A DNA stretch of 64,000 bases from contig NMRA01000489.1 in NCBI GenBank assembly GCA_002633005.1, positions 145,972-209,971 of the forward strand, written 5' to 3'. Positions 38,101 to 51,370 of this stretch are shown here, piece after piece. The position numbers were made by a program, and so were the translations under genes. The notes under the pieces were generated by a model. It worked only from the letters and a program-made list of their open reading frames with translations. It made no database searches and was not told where the DNA came from. Numbering within the stretch: the stretch's first letter is position 1; each line of letters starts with the position of its first letter. This DNA comes from Phoronis australis. Lineage: Eukaryota > Animalia > Phoronida.

Positions 38101-39536
38101 ATTTCCACGAAAAATCACAAAATTCACAATTTTTGAAATATGCGCGAAGGAAACTCTGTGGTCACCACAGAGTTTCTAATCTTCCACTTACGTTAAATGC
38201 GCGCTTGCGCTCACAGTCATTCGACAAACAGCTGACTGACGAGAAGGATTTTAACGGCAGCCGTGTGATCGCTTTCCGAATCTGAGGGCGACAACACAGT
38301 ATGAGGCTAGTCAGTGAAGCAAGAGATTTCCCCCAAGAGAATTCTCAAGTGAATTTTGGAATACCTTTGAAACTAATTTTAAACATTAATTGCCTCTTAA
38401 TAGGGTTGCTGCTTGAAGTCGCCATTGTTTTATTTACATCTAATCTCAAAGGTCTCATTTTCCAAATAAGGGAAGTGTGCTACGTCTATGGAGACATGTT
38501 TTGCCTTGTGGGAGAACAATCAACGAAGATGTGATGTCTATGTTCGAGCAGTTGACTGATCGTTTTTTGAAATTTGAAACTAAAGGGAAAATGCTTTGAC
38601 ATCTACAGAAATTCAAATCTCTACGAACAAACCGTAAAAATATCTGGTGAACAAGTTAAATTCTGTTCCAGGCCTGTTTGATGTCTAATGCAAGCCTTAT
38701 ATTCCGAATAGTTGTATTGTCAGTGTTCCCTGCCAGATGATTCGTTCTTTTGCCTATAATGCCAAGGCCTGGAGTATTTTTGAGGTTGGTTTAAGTTTTC
38801 ACGGTCTTCGTATATTGTTTTCTCAGTCAATCTTATTGTTTTTGTTGCGTTGTGAAAGCACAAGCTTTTTCAGCCTCGTTACGGCGCGTCATTAGGTCAA
38901 ATAAGGACACAAACAAAGCATTTGAGCTTTAGTGCCAACTTATGATAAACAATTTCTTAGCATGGCAGCAGTTGATTATTTTTGAGACGCAAGAGTCATG
39001 AGATTAAAAAAAGCTTGCGAATGCAAGGAAATCGGATAAGACAAGTTACTAACAAATCCCAAAGCGAATCGATTGAATCGTGCGAATCGAATGCGGCAAC
39101 AGTCAGAGACTGCCTGGGGCCACAAGGTTTTTATTAGCTCAAGCGACCACTGCCCGCTTGTAAATTTTGAACAAATATAGACACCGCAAAGTTAAATTAT
39201 AACAAGGGCTGAGACACCTGTAACAGAATTCGAGTGTTATTAAACATTACAGCTTAAATAACGACCAGTTTCAACAAATAATTTAGCAGCTTGCCAGGAA
39301 GTAGATATACAGGAAGTTACTGTCTGCGGCATGTGATTTTACTTTTCATTGGTGTAAACCACATCAGCCAGACATAAACCAATAGGGCCGTCCCGGATTA
39401 CACGGATATAGAGCTCTCCTTTGTCCAGGAGATAAGAAAGCGTGTGACCTCGTTTTGGAAATCGGGCACATTTTCGTGTCTCTCATTGGTGTCGTGAAGG
39501 CGAAGAATTTCAGGTCGCATCCACGGGTATTTGTAA

Positions 39537-41309
39537 CAAACACTGGCATGGTCTGTTGTACAGGTAAATCGATGCTTAATTCGTGTTGAGAAATGTGAAT
39601 TCCAGAAAATTGTGGTTGTGCCTTTTCGGAGTGCTTCTTTCTACTGTCTCTAACTTTGTTTACGTTGCTGTCAGTGCTGCAGTGGTAAAATAAGAGGTAA
39701 GTAGGCGCCTAAAGCCCACCGTATCACCTTGAGCACTGAACGTAACTTAAGGTGCGTAGGTCCAACGTTCAAATGCCAAAAGGAGGTTGGCTGCGCCTAC
39801 GTGCGCCTACGCCCCACTACAGCACTGGTTGCTGTCCTGTATTCACACCTGTTAAATCGGCCAGATGTGTCAGTGTTCATTGTACATGTATGTGCTTCAA
39901 ACACGCGACTATTAAACATTATTGCAGAAACGAAATAGTTGCTGTTGCGCCATTTGTATGACAAGGCAAAAATCGTTCGTAGTCCTCCATTTTCTTTTCT
40001 TTGTTGTAAAGCTAAGCAATGACTGCCGACTTACAGCAACCAGTCAAAGCGCGTTGTGACTGAATGATATACCTGCATGTTTTCTACACGCACGGAACCA
40101 GCCGAGAGCCTCAGCAAAGCCTCATCAGTTCTTACCCCATCCCAAGAGCAACACGGATCGTTGAAATGCGCCCACGAATGCATGGTGTGCTTTTAGGGTT
40201 GCTTATTTGTGTCATAAAAATGGCCACTAGATGGTGCAAAAACATACAATCCGTCCGAAAACGGGAACAGGTCATTGCTTCTTTAATAGGAAGCTAAACA
40301 TCAAATTTCACAGAAATCGGTCATAGAACTTCAGAGAAACAAAGGAAAACAGAATAAAATGAAATTGCCACTAGGGGGCATAGTGTTCATTGGATCCACC
40401 TGGAAGTCGTCATTGTCTGCTGTTAGCTTCATATAAATAAACTTACAAAATTTAGTAACGATCCTGTAGTCAGCGCTTAGGAGAGGCAGCTATGGGCGCA
40501 AAACAAAACAACACTACCACTAGGAAGCGCTAGATTAGTCAAAGTCGTCATCATCAACCGTCCTCTTCACACTGAGAATATATACGCCAATTTTCGAAGC
40601 CATCCTTAGAAAGAATTGGTTTATAGAGAGGTAGACGCCAAAAAAAAAACAGACTCGGAAAGAGCAAAAATGGCCACTAGGTGGTGCAAAGTACCTTGAT
40701 TCCATCCGAAAACGGGAGGATAGCGTCATCACCAATAGATGCCCGTATTCAAAATTTTATGAAAATCTGTTGAGGACCTTTGAAGAGGTAAACGTAAAAC
40801 TAAAATTGCCAACAGGGGCATACGAGTAGTCAGATCCATCCCAAAATCATCGTCGTCTTTTGTCAACATCATATAAACACACTTCTTAAACTTATTAAAG
40901 ATGCTGCATATGGTTTAGGACATACAGCCATGGGCGCTAAAAAGGAAACTCCCACTAGGAGGCGCCACAGTTGTCGAAGTCATTGGAAAATCGCGATCCA
41001 CTTCATAGTAAAAACATACATGCCAATTTTCACAATTATCCTGAAAGCGGTTTGGTTGATAGAGGGGTGGACGCCACAAAACAGGCTCAAAAACAGTAAA
41101 AATGGCCACTAGGAGGCAGACTATGTCGAATCCATCTGAAAAGGGAAAGATACCGTCACCTCACTAACAGAAGCCTGTTCGCCAAACTTTATGAAATTAC
41201 GTTGAGGACCTTTGAAGATACAGAGGTAAAAGTAAAAAAATAAAATTGCCACCAGGTGGCACACCAGTTGTCCGATCTGTCCGAAAGTCGTCGTCCATTG
41301 TCAACATCN
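39537..41309. repeat. Composite repeat copy 1: TE interior plus ~147-bp satellite array
   Basis: Nearly identical to ~44738-46511; ends at an N at 41310. Confidence 0.92.
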
Positions 41310-41794
41310 GCTTACTTGATGACCTAGAATGACTTACTTAGCTACCTCAGTTCAAAGCGAATAATATGAAGCGGTAACAACTTTGTTAATTCGCAATTTT
41401 GAGCTTGACAGCCCTCCAAACTGTGGTCTGTGGTAGTTTTAGGTAATTGTGATATGTGTTTTCTGCTGACATGACAATGACTTGTTAAATAATAACCGAC
41501 TGACCGTGAATACTCGGGGTATTTGATTTTTTTTCGAAAACATGTCCCAAAGCATCACGAAGTTTTTATTTGGTAATCATACGTTTCCTAAATGAACTCG
41601 ATTTAATAAATATAGATTATTACATTGCGAAGTTGTTATATCACGATAATTCTCCAAAATCCACGAGGGCTCTAGATAATGGGGATAACGACTTGCAACA
41701 TGTAATAATCTATACCATACACTGAATGATGACCTTTGCCATGAATCGATCTTCCTTTCTTGACTCGTCTCGGCTATCTAACTACTTTCTAGAG

Positions 41795-42416
41795 CTCGCT
41801 GGTTCCCTGCGTGAAAAGATTTTATAGTTACTTTGCTGCGTGCCGCTAGGTGGTCGGTAGTCAGCACGCTGGTATCACTTAATTTTCCTCGGGAAATTTT
41901 TTTACACCGACGTTTCTGATTGGCTGGTCAAATTCTCAACAACAGTGCTTCACGCGAACAAACTGGCATGACTGATGGAGCAAGTATAAATGTGGTCTTT
42001 TGTACAGGCAAGTCGGTGCTTAAAATTTATATTCAGGAAATCTGAATCTCAGAAATTGTGGTTGCGCTTCATCGGAGTACATCTTTCTACTGTCGATGAC
42101 TTTTGTTTACGATACTGCCCTGTATTCATACAGTATGAATAACATCGCACCGGATAAATCGGCCAGATATGTGTTTATTGTACAACTACATGTAAGTGCT
42201 TCAAGCACGCGGCTATTAAACATTGACTGCAGGAACGAAATAGTTACTGCTACGCCACTTGCATGACAAGGCTAAAAATCGTTCATAGTCCGCCATTTTT
42301 TCACGTTGTTGTAAAGCTAACCAATGACTGCCGAGGTTACACCAACCAATGCTAAAGCGCGTGCCACTGCGTGATACCTGCGTGCTGGCTAGGCACTGAC
42401 GTAGGGAACCAGCGAG
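41795..42416. mobile_element. Non-autonomous TIR element, ~10-bp TSD
   Basis: TIRs CTCGCTGGTTCCCT(G/A)CGT; flanks CTTTCTAGAG / CTTTCTACAG; interior homologous to 39540-40080 and 44680-45290. Confidence 0.78.
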
Positions 42417-42432
42417 CTTTCTACAGACACCT

Positions 42433-42585
42433 GCCTCCCGTTCAGTAACGCTAGGACCTCGCTAAAACGCAAGACCTCGCGAGATTACGTGACATATTAC
42501 CGTGCATTTTAAATGAGAACACGTGACTTTGACTAGGTTTTAGCTGAGTCTTAGCATAGGTCCTAGCGTCTACTGAACGCACGCC
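42433..42585. mobile_element. Small MITE (second copy 60547-60685)
   Basis: Inverted ends GTTCAGTAACGCTAGGACCT...AGGTCCTAGCGT(C)TACTGAAC; two copies in the window. Confidence 0.8.
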
Positions 42586-43423
42586 CGGAGTTGGTGGTCG
42601 TGACCTCTTACGAAACGCCGAGTCATCGTTCTTGTTAAAATAATGTTTTTACTCATAATCCATTGAAAATTTAAACCGAAATAAAGTGAATCTATAAAAT
42701 AAGTTTTAAGCAAAGAGGCTAGCTTACTATAGATCTTATGCTGAGCTTCCACTGTGAAAATATCGTCTGCTAAAGTAGGTTACCACTGGTTACTGAGACA
42801 TTTAGATTTATTTCTGCAGTCAAGGCTTGGAATTTTCCGCTGAAAGGTGGATTTTCGCTTTTTTCTCTTATTCCCTCCGCGTATGTTTGTTATATTTCCG
42901 CGGAAAAAATCGGATTTGCCATAAAAGATTTCGCCGTAAACTGGTTTCTATAACCGCGGCCTTGCCGACGACTCCTAAAGCGGAAACTGCTCTTTATGTT
43001 TTGGAGGAACGAAAATCGCAATTGCCGGGGCACCTGGGATTGCGTGGTTCATCAATGGCGTCTGCATATGGTATGAATCGCAGTGACAAATATTGCGATT
43101 CTGCGGCCAAAAATGCGTGAAGCTTGGATTAGACAGAATATTTCGTGGAAAAATAGGTTAAAAGAAATGGTCAATGTGTTCGCAAACAACAAAGGTCTGG
43201 GTTTGCGCTCTGTAAACGTTGACAGTGGGACAATTACGGCGTGCGTGGCCGAATCGCGGAGAACCACCTTAAAACGATGAAACGCAAGAAAGAAAACCCC
43301 TTTGTGAAAGGAAATTCAATCGTAACCTGTAGTAATTCGTTGGATTGGAATCGTGGGATGTGAGTGATGTGTGAAATTCTTTTGTTTGATCCCACGTACA
43401 AGCCCGCCGTGCTGGCATTTGCC

Positions 43424-44274
43424 TAGGCAATGACCATCGCCTCTGTTGGCCCGAAGCAGAGGCGATGTAGAGGCTATAGGCGCTCTGTACGCCGGAAGCT
43501 TTTCGGCGAATTATGCCTCGCACCGACTAAACCATCAAAGCCACGTTGTTATAACTACCTTTTGAGCATAGACGAACACCTTAGGAGGTTGTCGATGTGT
43601 TTAAGTTCTTCCAACTCGAACAAATACTCCCGTTATGAAACTTTTTCTTCGAGCAGTCCCTATTTCAGTTCCCAAAATCGTGAAATCAACTTTTTCATTT
43701 TTTTAACCAGGCCGAAGGTCAGAAGTTGCGGACCTACCGGCGAACTTTGAAAGCTGAAGTTCCCGCCCTTCGCGTACGTGCTGCCGGGAACCAGCCGTGC
43801 ATTTGCCGTGTTGTTAAACATTAAAATGTCAAATATGTGCACAAAGACTATTAAATGTCATATCAACAGCATTTATTTTTATCAAATACAAACAATGATT
43901 CATTGAAATACAATCAGTTTCAAGTAACGCCAATTAAAGACAAGTATAAGTGGTGGCATTTTGGAAACGAACATTTGACTGACAAGACCGCAATGGCTCA
44001 CCTTTGGCCTATTTAAAGATTGAGGTCATGAATTGGAGCGTGCGCAGTATAAAAATGGTGAGTTCACGATTTTGGGAACTGAAATAGGGACTGCTCGAAG
44101 AAAAAGTTTCATAACGGGAGTATTTGTTCGAGTTGGAAGGAATTAAACACATCGGCAACCTCCTAAGGTGTTCCTCTATGCGCAAAATTCGCCGAAAAGC
44201 TTCCGGCGTACAGAGCGCCTATAGCCTCTACATCGCCTCTGCTTCGGGCCAACAGAGGCGATGGTCATTGCCTA
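43424..44274. mobile_element. Foldback/Mutator-like element with long (~210-270 bp) TIRs and 9-bp TSD
   Basis: 43424-43690 is the reverse complement of ~44062-44274 apart from one internal deletion; TSD GCATTTGCC at 43415-43423 and 44275-44283; a diverged relative of the TIR lies at ~10480-10660. Confidence 0.88.
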
Positions 44275-44737
44275 GCATTTGCCAAGTTGGCTGCCAGGCC
44301 CGAGTCCGCCGATTTTCCACGTGCCGCCGAAACGGGATACAAAGTGCTATTTTCGTTACTGCAAATGTGTTTTAAGTTGCCGTTGATGTATTCCAATTTA
44401 TTTTGACATTTTTCTTGTTTTATTTTTGTTAAAAAGTGACCGACTCGAGTTTTGCAGTTCAAGAGAGAAGTGGTCACGTGGCAGGTTTTGAATGATCTGA
44501 TTGGTCCAAGCCATTGTTTACAAATTCTGCTAGCCTACTTTGAGTGTCCTTGTAGTTATTTCTTATGTCACATAGTTTATTCTGCACCAGCATGGCTCAT
44601 AAACAATTATCTCCTGTAAGTGCTGTTTTAAACTGAAAAGTTTGGCCAACTTAGGATTGTGATTGATGTGTTCTAATTTTTACACCGACGTTTCTAATTG
44701 CCTGGTCTAATTCTCAACAGGTAGCGCTTTACGCAAA

Positions 44738-46545
44738 CAAACACTGGCATGGTCTGTTGTACAGGTAAATCCGTGCTTAATTCGTGTTGAGAAATGTGAA
44801 TTCCAGAAAATTGTGATTGTGCCTTTTCGGAGTGCTTTTTTCTACTGTCTCTGACTTTTGTTTACGTTGCTGTCAGTGCTGCAGTGGTAAAATAAAAGGT
44901 AAGTAGGCGCCTAAAGCCCACCGTATCACCTTGAGCACTGAACGTAACTTACGGTGCGTAGGTCCAACGTTAAAATGCCAAAAGGAGGTTGGATGCGCCT
45001 ACGTGCGCCTACGCCCCACTACAGCACTGGTTGCTGTCCAGTATTCACACCTGTTAAATCGGCCAGATGTGTCAGTGTTCATTGTACATGTATATGCTTC
45101 AAACACGCGACTATTAAACATTATTGCAGAAACGAAATAGTTGCTGTTGCGCCATTTGTATGACAAGGCAAAAATCGTTCGTAGTCCTCCATTTTCTTTT
45201 CTTTGTTGTAAAGCTATGCAATGACTGCCGAGGTTACAGCAACCAGTCAAAGCGCGTTGTGACTGAATGATATACCTGCATGTTTTCTACACGCACGTAA
45301 CTATCCGAGAGGCGGCCTCCGCAAAGCCTCATCAGTTCTTACCCCATCCCAAAAGCAACACGGATCGTTGAAATGCGCCCACGAATGCATGGTGTGCTTT
45401 TAGGGTTGCTTATTTGTGTCATAAAAATGGCCACTAGATGGTGCAAAAACATACAATCCGTCCGAAAACGGGAACATGTCATTGCTTCTTTAATAGAAAG
45501 CTAAACATCAAATTTCACAGAAATCGGTCATAGAACTTCAGAGAAACAAAGGAAAACAGAATAAAACGAAATTGCCACTAGGGGGCATAGTGTTCATTGG
45601 ATCCACCTGGAAGTCGTCCTTGTCTGCTGTTAGCTTCATATAAATAAACTTACAAAATTTAATAACGATCCTGTAGTCAGCGCTTAGGAGAGGCAGCTAT
45701 GGGCGCAAAACAAAACAACACTACCACTAGGAAGCGCTAGATTAGTCAAAGTCGTCATCATCAACCGTCCTCTTCACACTGAGAACATATACGCCAATTT
45801 TCGAATCCATCCTTAGAAAGAATTGGTTTATAGAGAGGTAGACGCCAAAAAAACAGACTCGGAAAGAGCAAAAATGGCCACTAGGTGGTGCAAAGTACCT
45901 TGATTCCATCCGAAAACGGGAGGATAGCGTCATCACCAATAGATGCCCGTATTCAAAATTTTATGAAAATCTGTTGAGGACCTTTGAAGAGGTAAACGTA
46001 AAACTAAAATTGCCAACAGGGGCATACGAGTAGTCAGATCCATCCCAAAATCATCGTCGTCTTTTGTCAACATCATATAAACACACTTCTTAAACTTATT
46101 AAAGATGCTGCATATGGTTTAGGACATACAGCCATGGGCGCTAAAAAGGAAACTCCCACTAGGAGGCGCCACAGTTGTCGAAGTCATTGGAAAATCGCGA
46201 TCCACTTCATAGTAAAAACATACATGCCAATTTTCACAATTATCCTGAAAGCGGTTTGGTTGATAGAGGGGTGGACGCCACAAAACAGGCTCAAAAACAG
46301 TAAAAATGGCCACTAGGAGGCAGACTATGTCGAATCCATCTGAAAAGGGAAAGATACCGTCACCTCACTAACAGAAGCCTGTTCGCCAAACTTTATGAAA
46401 TTACGTTGAGGACCTTTGAAGATACAGAGGTAAAAGTAAAAAAATAAAATTGCCACCAGGTGGCACACCAGTTGTCCGATCTGTCCGAAAGTCGTCGTCC
46501 ATTGTCAACATCATATAAAATGCACTTACTAAATTTAGTAAAGAT
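44738..46545. repeat. Composite repeat copy 2: TE interior plus ~147-bp satellite array
   Basis: Near-identical to 39537-41309; the array is interrupted at ~46548 by a GC-rich insertion. Confidence 0.92.
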
Positions 46546-46547
46546 GC

Positions 46548-47079
46548 TCGGCTTCGGCCACGAAGCCCAACACCGTGACAAACAACAAGGTTACTGCGGC
46601 CCCGCAGAACCCCCCCCCCCGCTTCGGCCACGAAGCCAACAGTGACAACCAACAAGGTTGCTGCGGCCCCGCAGAAACCCTCTGTCCCGACGGGGCAGAA
46701 TAAAGACAAAACCAAACCCCCTGCGCCCTCGCAGGCGGGCTCGAAGACCCCGGCTGCGCCCTCGCAGTCGGGCTCCAAGAAAAGGAAACCGAGTCCCCAG
46801 GCTCAGGGACTAGAGCCCATTCTAACAGGGCGATCGATGACTGCCTCGCGGCAGCCACAATCAGAGAAATTGAAGGCGCAAACATAGTCCCCGACCAAGA
46901 CGGGGACAAAACATCGGAGTGGACACTGGTCACTCCGAAAAAACGCAGGACGGAGAAAACGGAGTCAAACCTCCCGGGTGGCGACTCCAAAACTCCAGTC
47001 GTGGTGACGCCCGCACCCGCGGCCCTCCGCGGGGACGGCCTAGCCATGCAAAAAGCCTTAGCGGGCTTTAAAGTAAGGA
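46548..47079 (+). mobile_element. Probable LINE ORF1 (gag-like) fragment running into the assembly gap
   Basis: GC-rich, P/A/S/K low-complexity coding stretch with EWTLVTPKKRR and PVVVTPAPAALRGDGLAMQKAL, resembling Jockey/I-group ORF1 N-termini. Confidence 0.55.
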
Positions 47080-47390
47080 NNNNNNNNNNNNNNNNNNNNN
47101 NNNNNNNNNNNNNNNNNNNNNNNNNNNNNNNNNNNNNNNNNNNNNNNNNNNNNNNNNNNNNNNNNNNNNNNNNNNNNNNNNNNNNNNNNNNNNNNNNNNN
47201 NNNNNNNNNNNNNNNNNNNNNNNNNNNNNNNNNNNNNNNNNNNNNNNNNNNNNNNNNNNNNNNNNNNNNNNNNNNNNNNNNNNNNNNNNNNNNNNNNNNN
47301 NNNNNNNNNNNNNNNNNNNNNNNNNNNNNNNNNNNNNNNNNNNNNNNNNNNNNNNNNNNNNNNNNNNNNNNNNNNNNNNNNNNNNNNNNN
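47080..47390. other. Assembly gap
   Basis: Run of N. Confidence 1.
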
Positions 47391-47511
47391 TTTGAAAGTT
47401 GAGCCTCCCAGGTTACTTGTCTGTTTGGTAACTAGCTACTTAATCACTCGCCAACTTACTTGTTTGTTCAACAGTATGCACTTGTTTATCCGATAGAATC
47501 TGTACAGTTGT

Positions 47512-49795
47512 CAGTGGCGGATCTACGGTTTCAGTAAGGGGGGTTAGGATTCCCGCAAAGGTCGAATCCTAGGCGCGTGGCGCTGAGAGGGGGGAGATCG
47601 GGAGGGGGAAGTCATTTTTTGTTTTTGCAGCCAAATAGTGAAATTTCCATGCATCCTGGTAAGTTTCTGGCACTTAACATGTTTCTGGAGTTTTTCTTAA
47701 GATAATTAAAAACCCTTCTCGATTTCGTCACGTGAATTTGGCTCATAAGTTTCGTGAAACCATATTGTGCACATCTGGGTATCAGTCACGCCACCAGCAA
47801 ATTTTTTTGTTGGAACATCTGCTTACACACACCTTTTTAGCATACGAAAAGTCGTATACAAAAAGTGTGGTGTGTATACAGGGGTTTAGACAACTTCCAA
47901 ATATTTAAGAGCATAGGGAGCACCGACGGAGCGTAAAAACTTGAATACATGTGTATCAGATGATCGCGAAACAGCAGCCTCAAGTTGTTTTAGAACGAAG
48001 ACCTCTACTGTTAGTCCGAAAATAAAAATGTGTTCTGTCTCGTTACGAGAAAACTGGAGAACGATGGTGCTCTCAGCTCACAGTCTACTATTAAAAGCGA
48101 CAATAAATAATTACGTATCACTTTATTAAGCTGAATCACTTTGACAACAATTGGAAAACGTCAAATGTTTCAGGAAACAAGTCATCTGAAAACAGTTTCA
48201 CGAACCCAAAACATCGTGTGCACAGTGGTGAAAAGATATTACTGGACTAGTTTGCAGAGGGACCAGATGTACACTGAGAGTACACAAAAAGGCTGCCCTT
48301 GTCCGTCACGAGACCAAGAGTACACCTGTGCTTATTATCCCTATAAAATGGTCGATCTGTCGCGGGACCAAACAGTGCTGGCTGAGATAAATAGTTTTAC
48401 AAAGCACACTTTGGTAAAAAAATCACAAGACTAGTTCGCCGAGGGACCAGAAGTACACTGAAACTCAACATCTACACAAGTCAAGCTGGCCTGGTCCGTC
48501 GCGAGACCTAAAGTGTACTATGCAAAAAATTTTGAATTGAAAACTTCTCTCTAGACACTTTTTAATCCCCAGTGGTTACTCATACGTTAGTCCTATCCTT
48601 CTGTTGTCTAGACTGCCGAGGAATCTGTATATCGGATCCAATGGTTTGCTCGTCTTGAAACCATTCTACCCAGATATCTTCGATGTTTGTTCCCAACGCT
48701 TGCACTTCGTCAACTGCTGTGTCAATGAGCTTGTAAGCCTGTGCAATGTCAGCATCTCGTTTCGCAGCTCAGTTGGCACTAAGGCCCTTGAGGTTGCCAA
48801 GTCCATTCAAAAGACATACATGCGCAACTAAATTTGATCCGTTCATCATGGACTACTTCAAACCTTGACGATGTATCCCAGGACCTATTTGCATCTCTTG
48901 CAATTTTCGAAGTAAACGTCCCAATGTCTGAACACTTGAAACCCGAAGAACTAACATCAAATAAATGCCCATGGCAGTGTGCTTATTGCAAGGTAGAAAG
49001 ACGGTAGGTGTTGAGGTCGGAACAAGGGTTCCTTAGGAGGCCTATTGAACATCGCACGAGTCCCGCAGGACTTCGTTGTGAAAGAACAGCCTCCCTGCAA
49101 TTTCTGGTACTGTACACTGTTCGCGAATGCGGTCACTTTGTCAATGTGAGTGCCCCTTTGTTCATTTCTTGTATAGACATAACTTGTTAGAGTGTATCTT
49201 CAAACGGACTCGCGACTAGACCACGGCGCCCGCCACAATAGAAATTCTTCGGAAAAAGATTTTTTTTTTTCAAAAATATTACATGTACATGTACACTATA
49301 TGATATTGCGCAAGACAATTTTACTATACATCATGTAGTGTAATAGAATGACACGGCATGACAGATGAGGTAAAAACGTTGCACGTCAATTCGCCTGAAT
49401 ATCAGGGTTGCGGCACCACAGTATTTCCCCTAATCAAATGAGAACATATCTTAGAGTAAAGAAGCTAGTTACCTAAAAAAATCAGCTATAGAACTGCTCT
49501 TTCAGCGGTGGATCCATCTAAAATATGCTTGGCTACTTCAGAAGTGTCGACGGAAGCGCACGCACAATTGATCTCCGCGCGTTTTGCCGATGAATCACGA
49601 AGACTCAGCAATTCACAATGCAAAAAAAATTTCAGAGTGAACCCCCCCCTCAATTTTTTTCAAGTTGGTTTACTTGGGATTTACACACGCTAGCGGTGCC
49701 GTTTTTGTTTTGCTGGAGACGTTTTTTTTTATTTTTGGGTCCTGGCCAAAGGGGGTGGGTTAAACCCCCTGAAACCCCCCGTAGGTCCGCCACTG
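47512..49795 (-). mobile_element. Second copy of the hAT element (inverted relative to 6578-8659)
   Basis: TIRs CAGTGGCGGATCTACG...CGTAGGTCCGCCACTG; flanks GTTGT/GCTGT (4/5 match); interior is the reverse complement of 6590-8659 plus ~330 bp of extra subterminal sequence. Confidence 0.88.
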
Positions 49796-50189
49796 GCTGT
49801 CTTGTCTATTTGGGAAACTATGTTTCTTGACTTTTTTATTTGACAAATCACTTGTCCGCTTAGCAAACTACTTGTCTATTTGTCAAACCACTTGTTCGTT
49901 TAGCAGTGTTGTCTATTTTGAACCTTTTCGCTGCCCATAATTAGACTCATCTCTTGTCATAGTTACTACGCCTACATTGAATTGTGATAACCTTTTCAGA
50001 CATCCACGGGAATCCTTTCAATTCTCTAACAAATGTTTGCCTTCAGATATTTTTAATATATTTATTACATAAACAGAATATTACAATTTACAATTACAGT
50101 TAAGGAAAACACGTACACCGACACACGCGCACACCTACACGCGAACACGGCGCGCGTCGACACCGCAAACCCAAGTTGCCCATCTTATT

Positions 50190-51370
50190 TCTATCATATG
50201 TCACTTTCACACACTTCCCATTTTTCCTGAAAAGATTGTAAACAAAGATTGTAAACAAAGATTGTAAACAAAGAATGTAAACAAAGATTGTAAACAAAGA
50301 TTGTAAACAAAGATTGTAAACAAAGATTGTAAACAAAGATTGTAAACAAAGATTGTAAACAAAGATTGTAAACAAAGATTGTTTTTGCTAAGTACTTTTG
50401 TGTTTTAGAATAGTTAAAGGACACCATATTAAACATTACAATTTTCAAATTTTCAGAATTACATTTAACATCAAATAATACACTGCTTCGCTAAAAGCAA
50501 AAAAATGAATTCATAAGATCTAAATTTGGAATGTCTCCAGAGGTCAGTCCAAATACAACATAATTATATAACATACTAAAAGGCAATTCTAGATCATACT
50601 TTTTCATGTTCAAAATCATTCCAGAAACTTCCAACGACATCACATTCCCATAACACATGTGAAAATGTTTCAGGAAGTAACTTGCAAAAACTGAATTGGT
50701 CGCTTTCTCATAAATTAATTTTTCTGAGAAAAGTGTTTAATATAATTCTATTGACAATTCTAAACTGTAACCACCAAAGTTTAGCGTCCTTTGTCACACG
50801 ATAAGGTAATAGATACACAGACTTCCAATTAAACGTTTGAGGCCAATTACATTCTGAAGCCCGCTTAAGCTTTTGTCACTTCGAGTGATATTGTTGGAAA
50901 TCCCTGTAATATACCTAACCGCTTTCCAAATAAAATCTAAAATAGAAGGAAAAACTGGACAGCCAACCTTATCAAGTTCTCCAGTACTGTTTATTTGAAA
51001 ATTTCTCAATGTCGCTCCTACACAGCTAAATTCAACAAAAGTTTTAATGCCCAAACCATTCCTTAAATGATCATAATCAACAATTCAATTACTGTTATCC
51101 ATATACATGTATCTTATAAACCTTATTTCTTTGTGGTACCAATGTTAAAAAAATGCCTCCGACCTCCAGCCAAACATTGAGCCAAAGTGGTTGATTTAAG
51201 TTACTTCCACAATGAACAGTCTTTCAATTTTATGAATAAAAGAATCCAGCTTTTAAAATAGTCTACCACTAGTTATTTCAGTGAAATTTGCATGGTTTTG
51301 CCGGTAACTTACAAGAACACCGCTATAGGTTTTTTATGATATCTATTCTTGTTGGGTTGTTGCTACAGAC
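50190..51370 (-). mobile_element. Degraded L1/Tx1-type LINE ORF2 3' end
   Basis: Broken minus-strand frames with FIFLLLAKQCII and terminal FQEKWEV, like L1/Tx1 C-termini; many stops; boundaries approximate. Confidence 0.6.
50231..50382. repeat. 13-bp minisatellite AAAGATTGTAAAC (~11.5 units)
   Basis: Almost perfect tandem array with one variant unit. Confidence 0.97.

Noticed and set aside
46535-47402. 170-aa minus-strand ORF and the poly-X ORF
   Set aside because: Antisense shadow of a GC-rich retroelement fragment, and read-through of the N gap.
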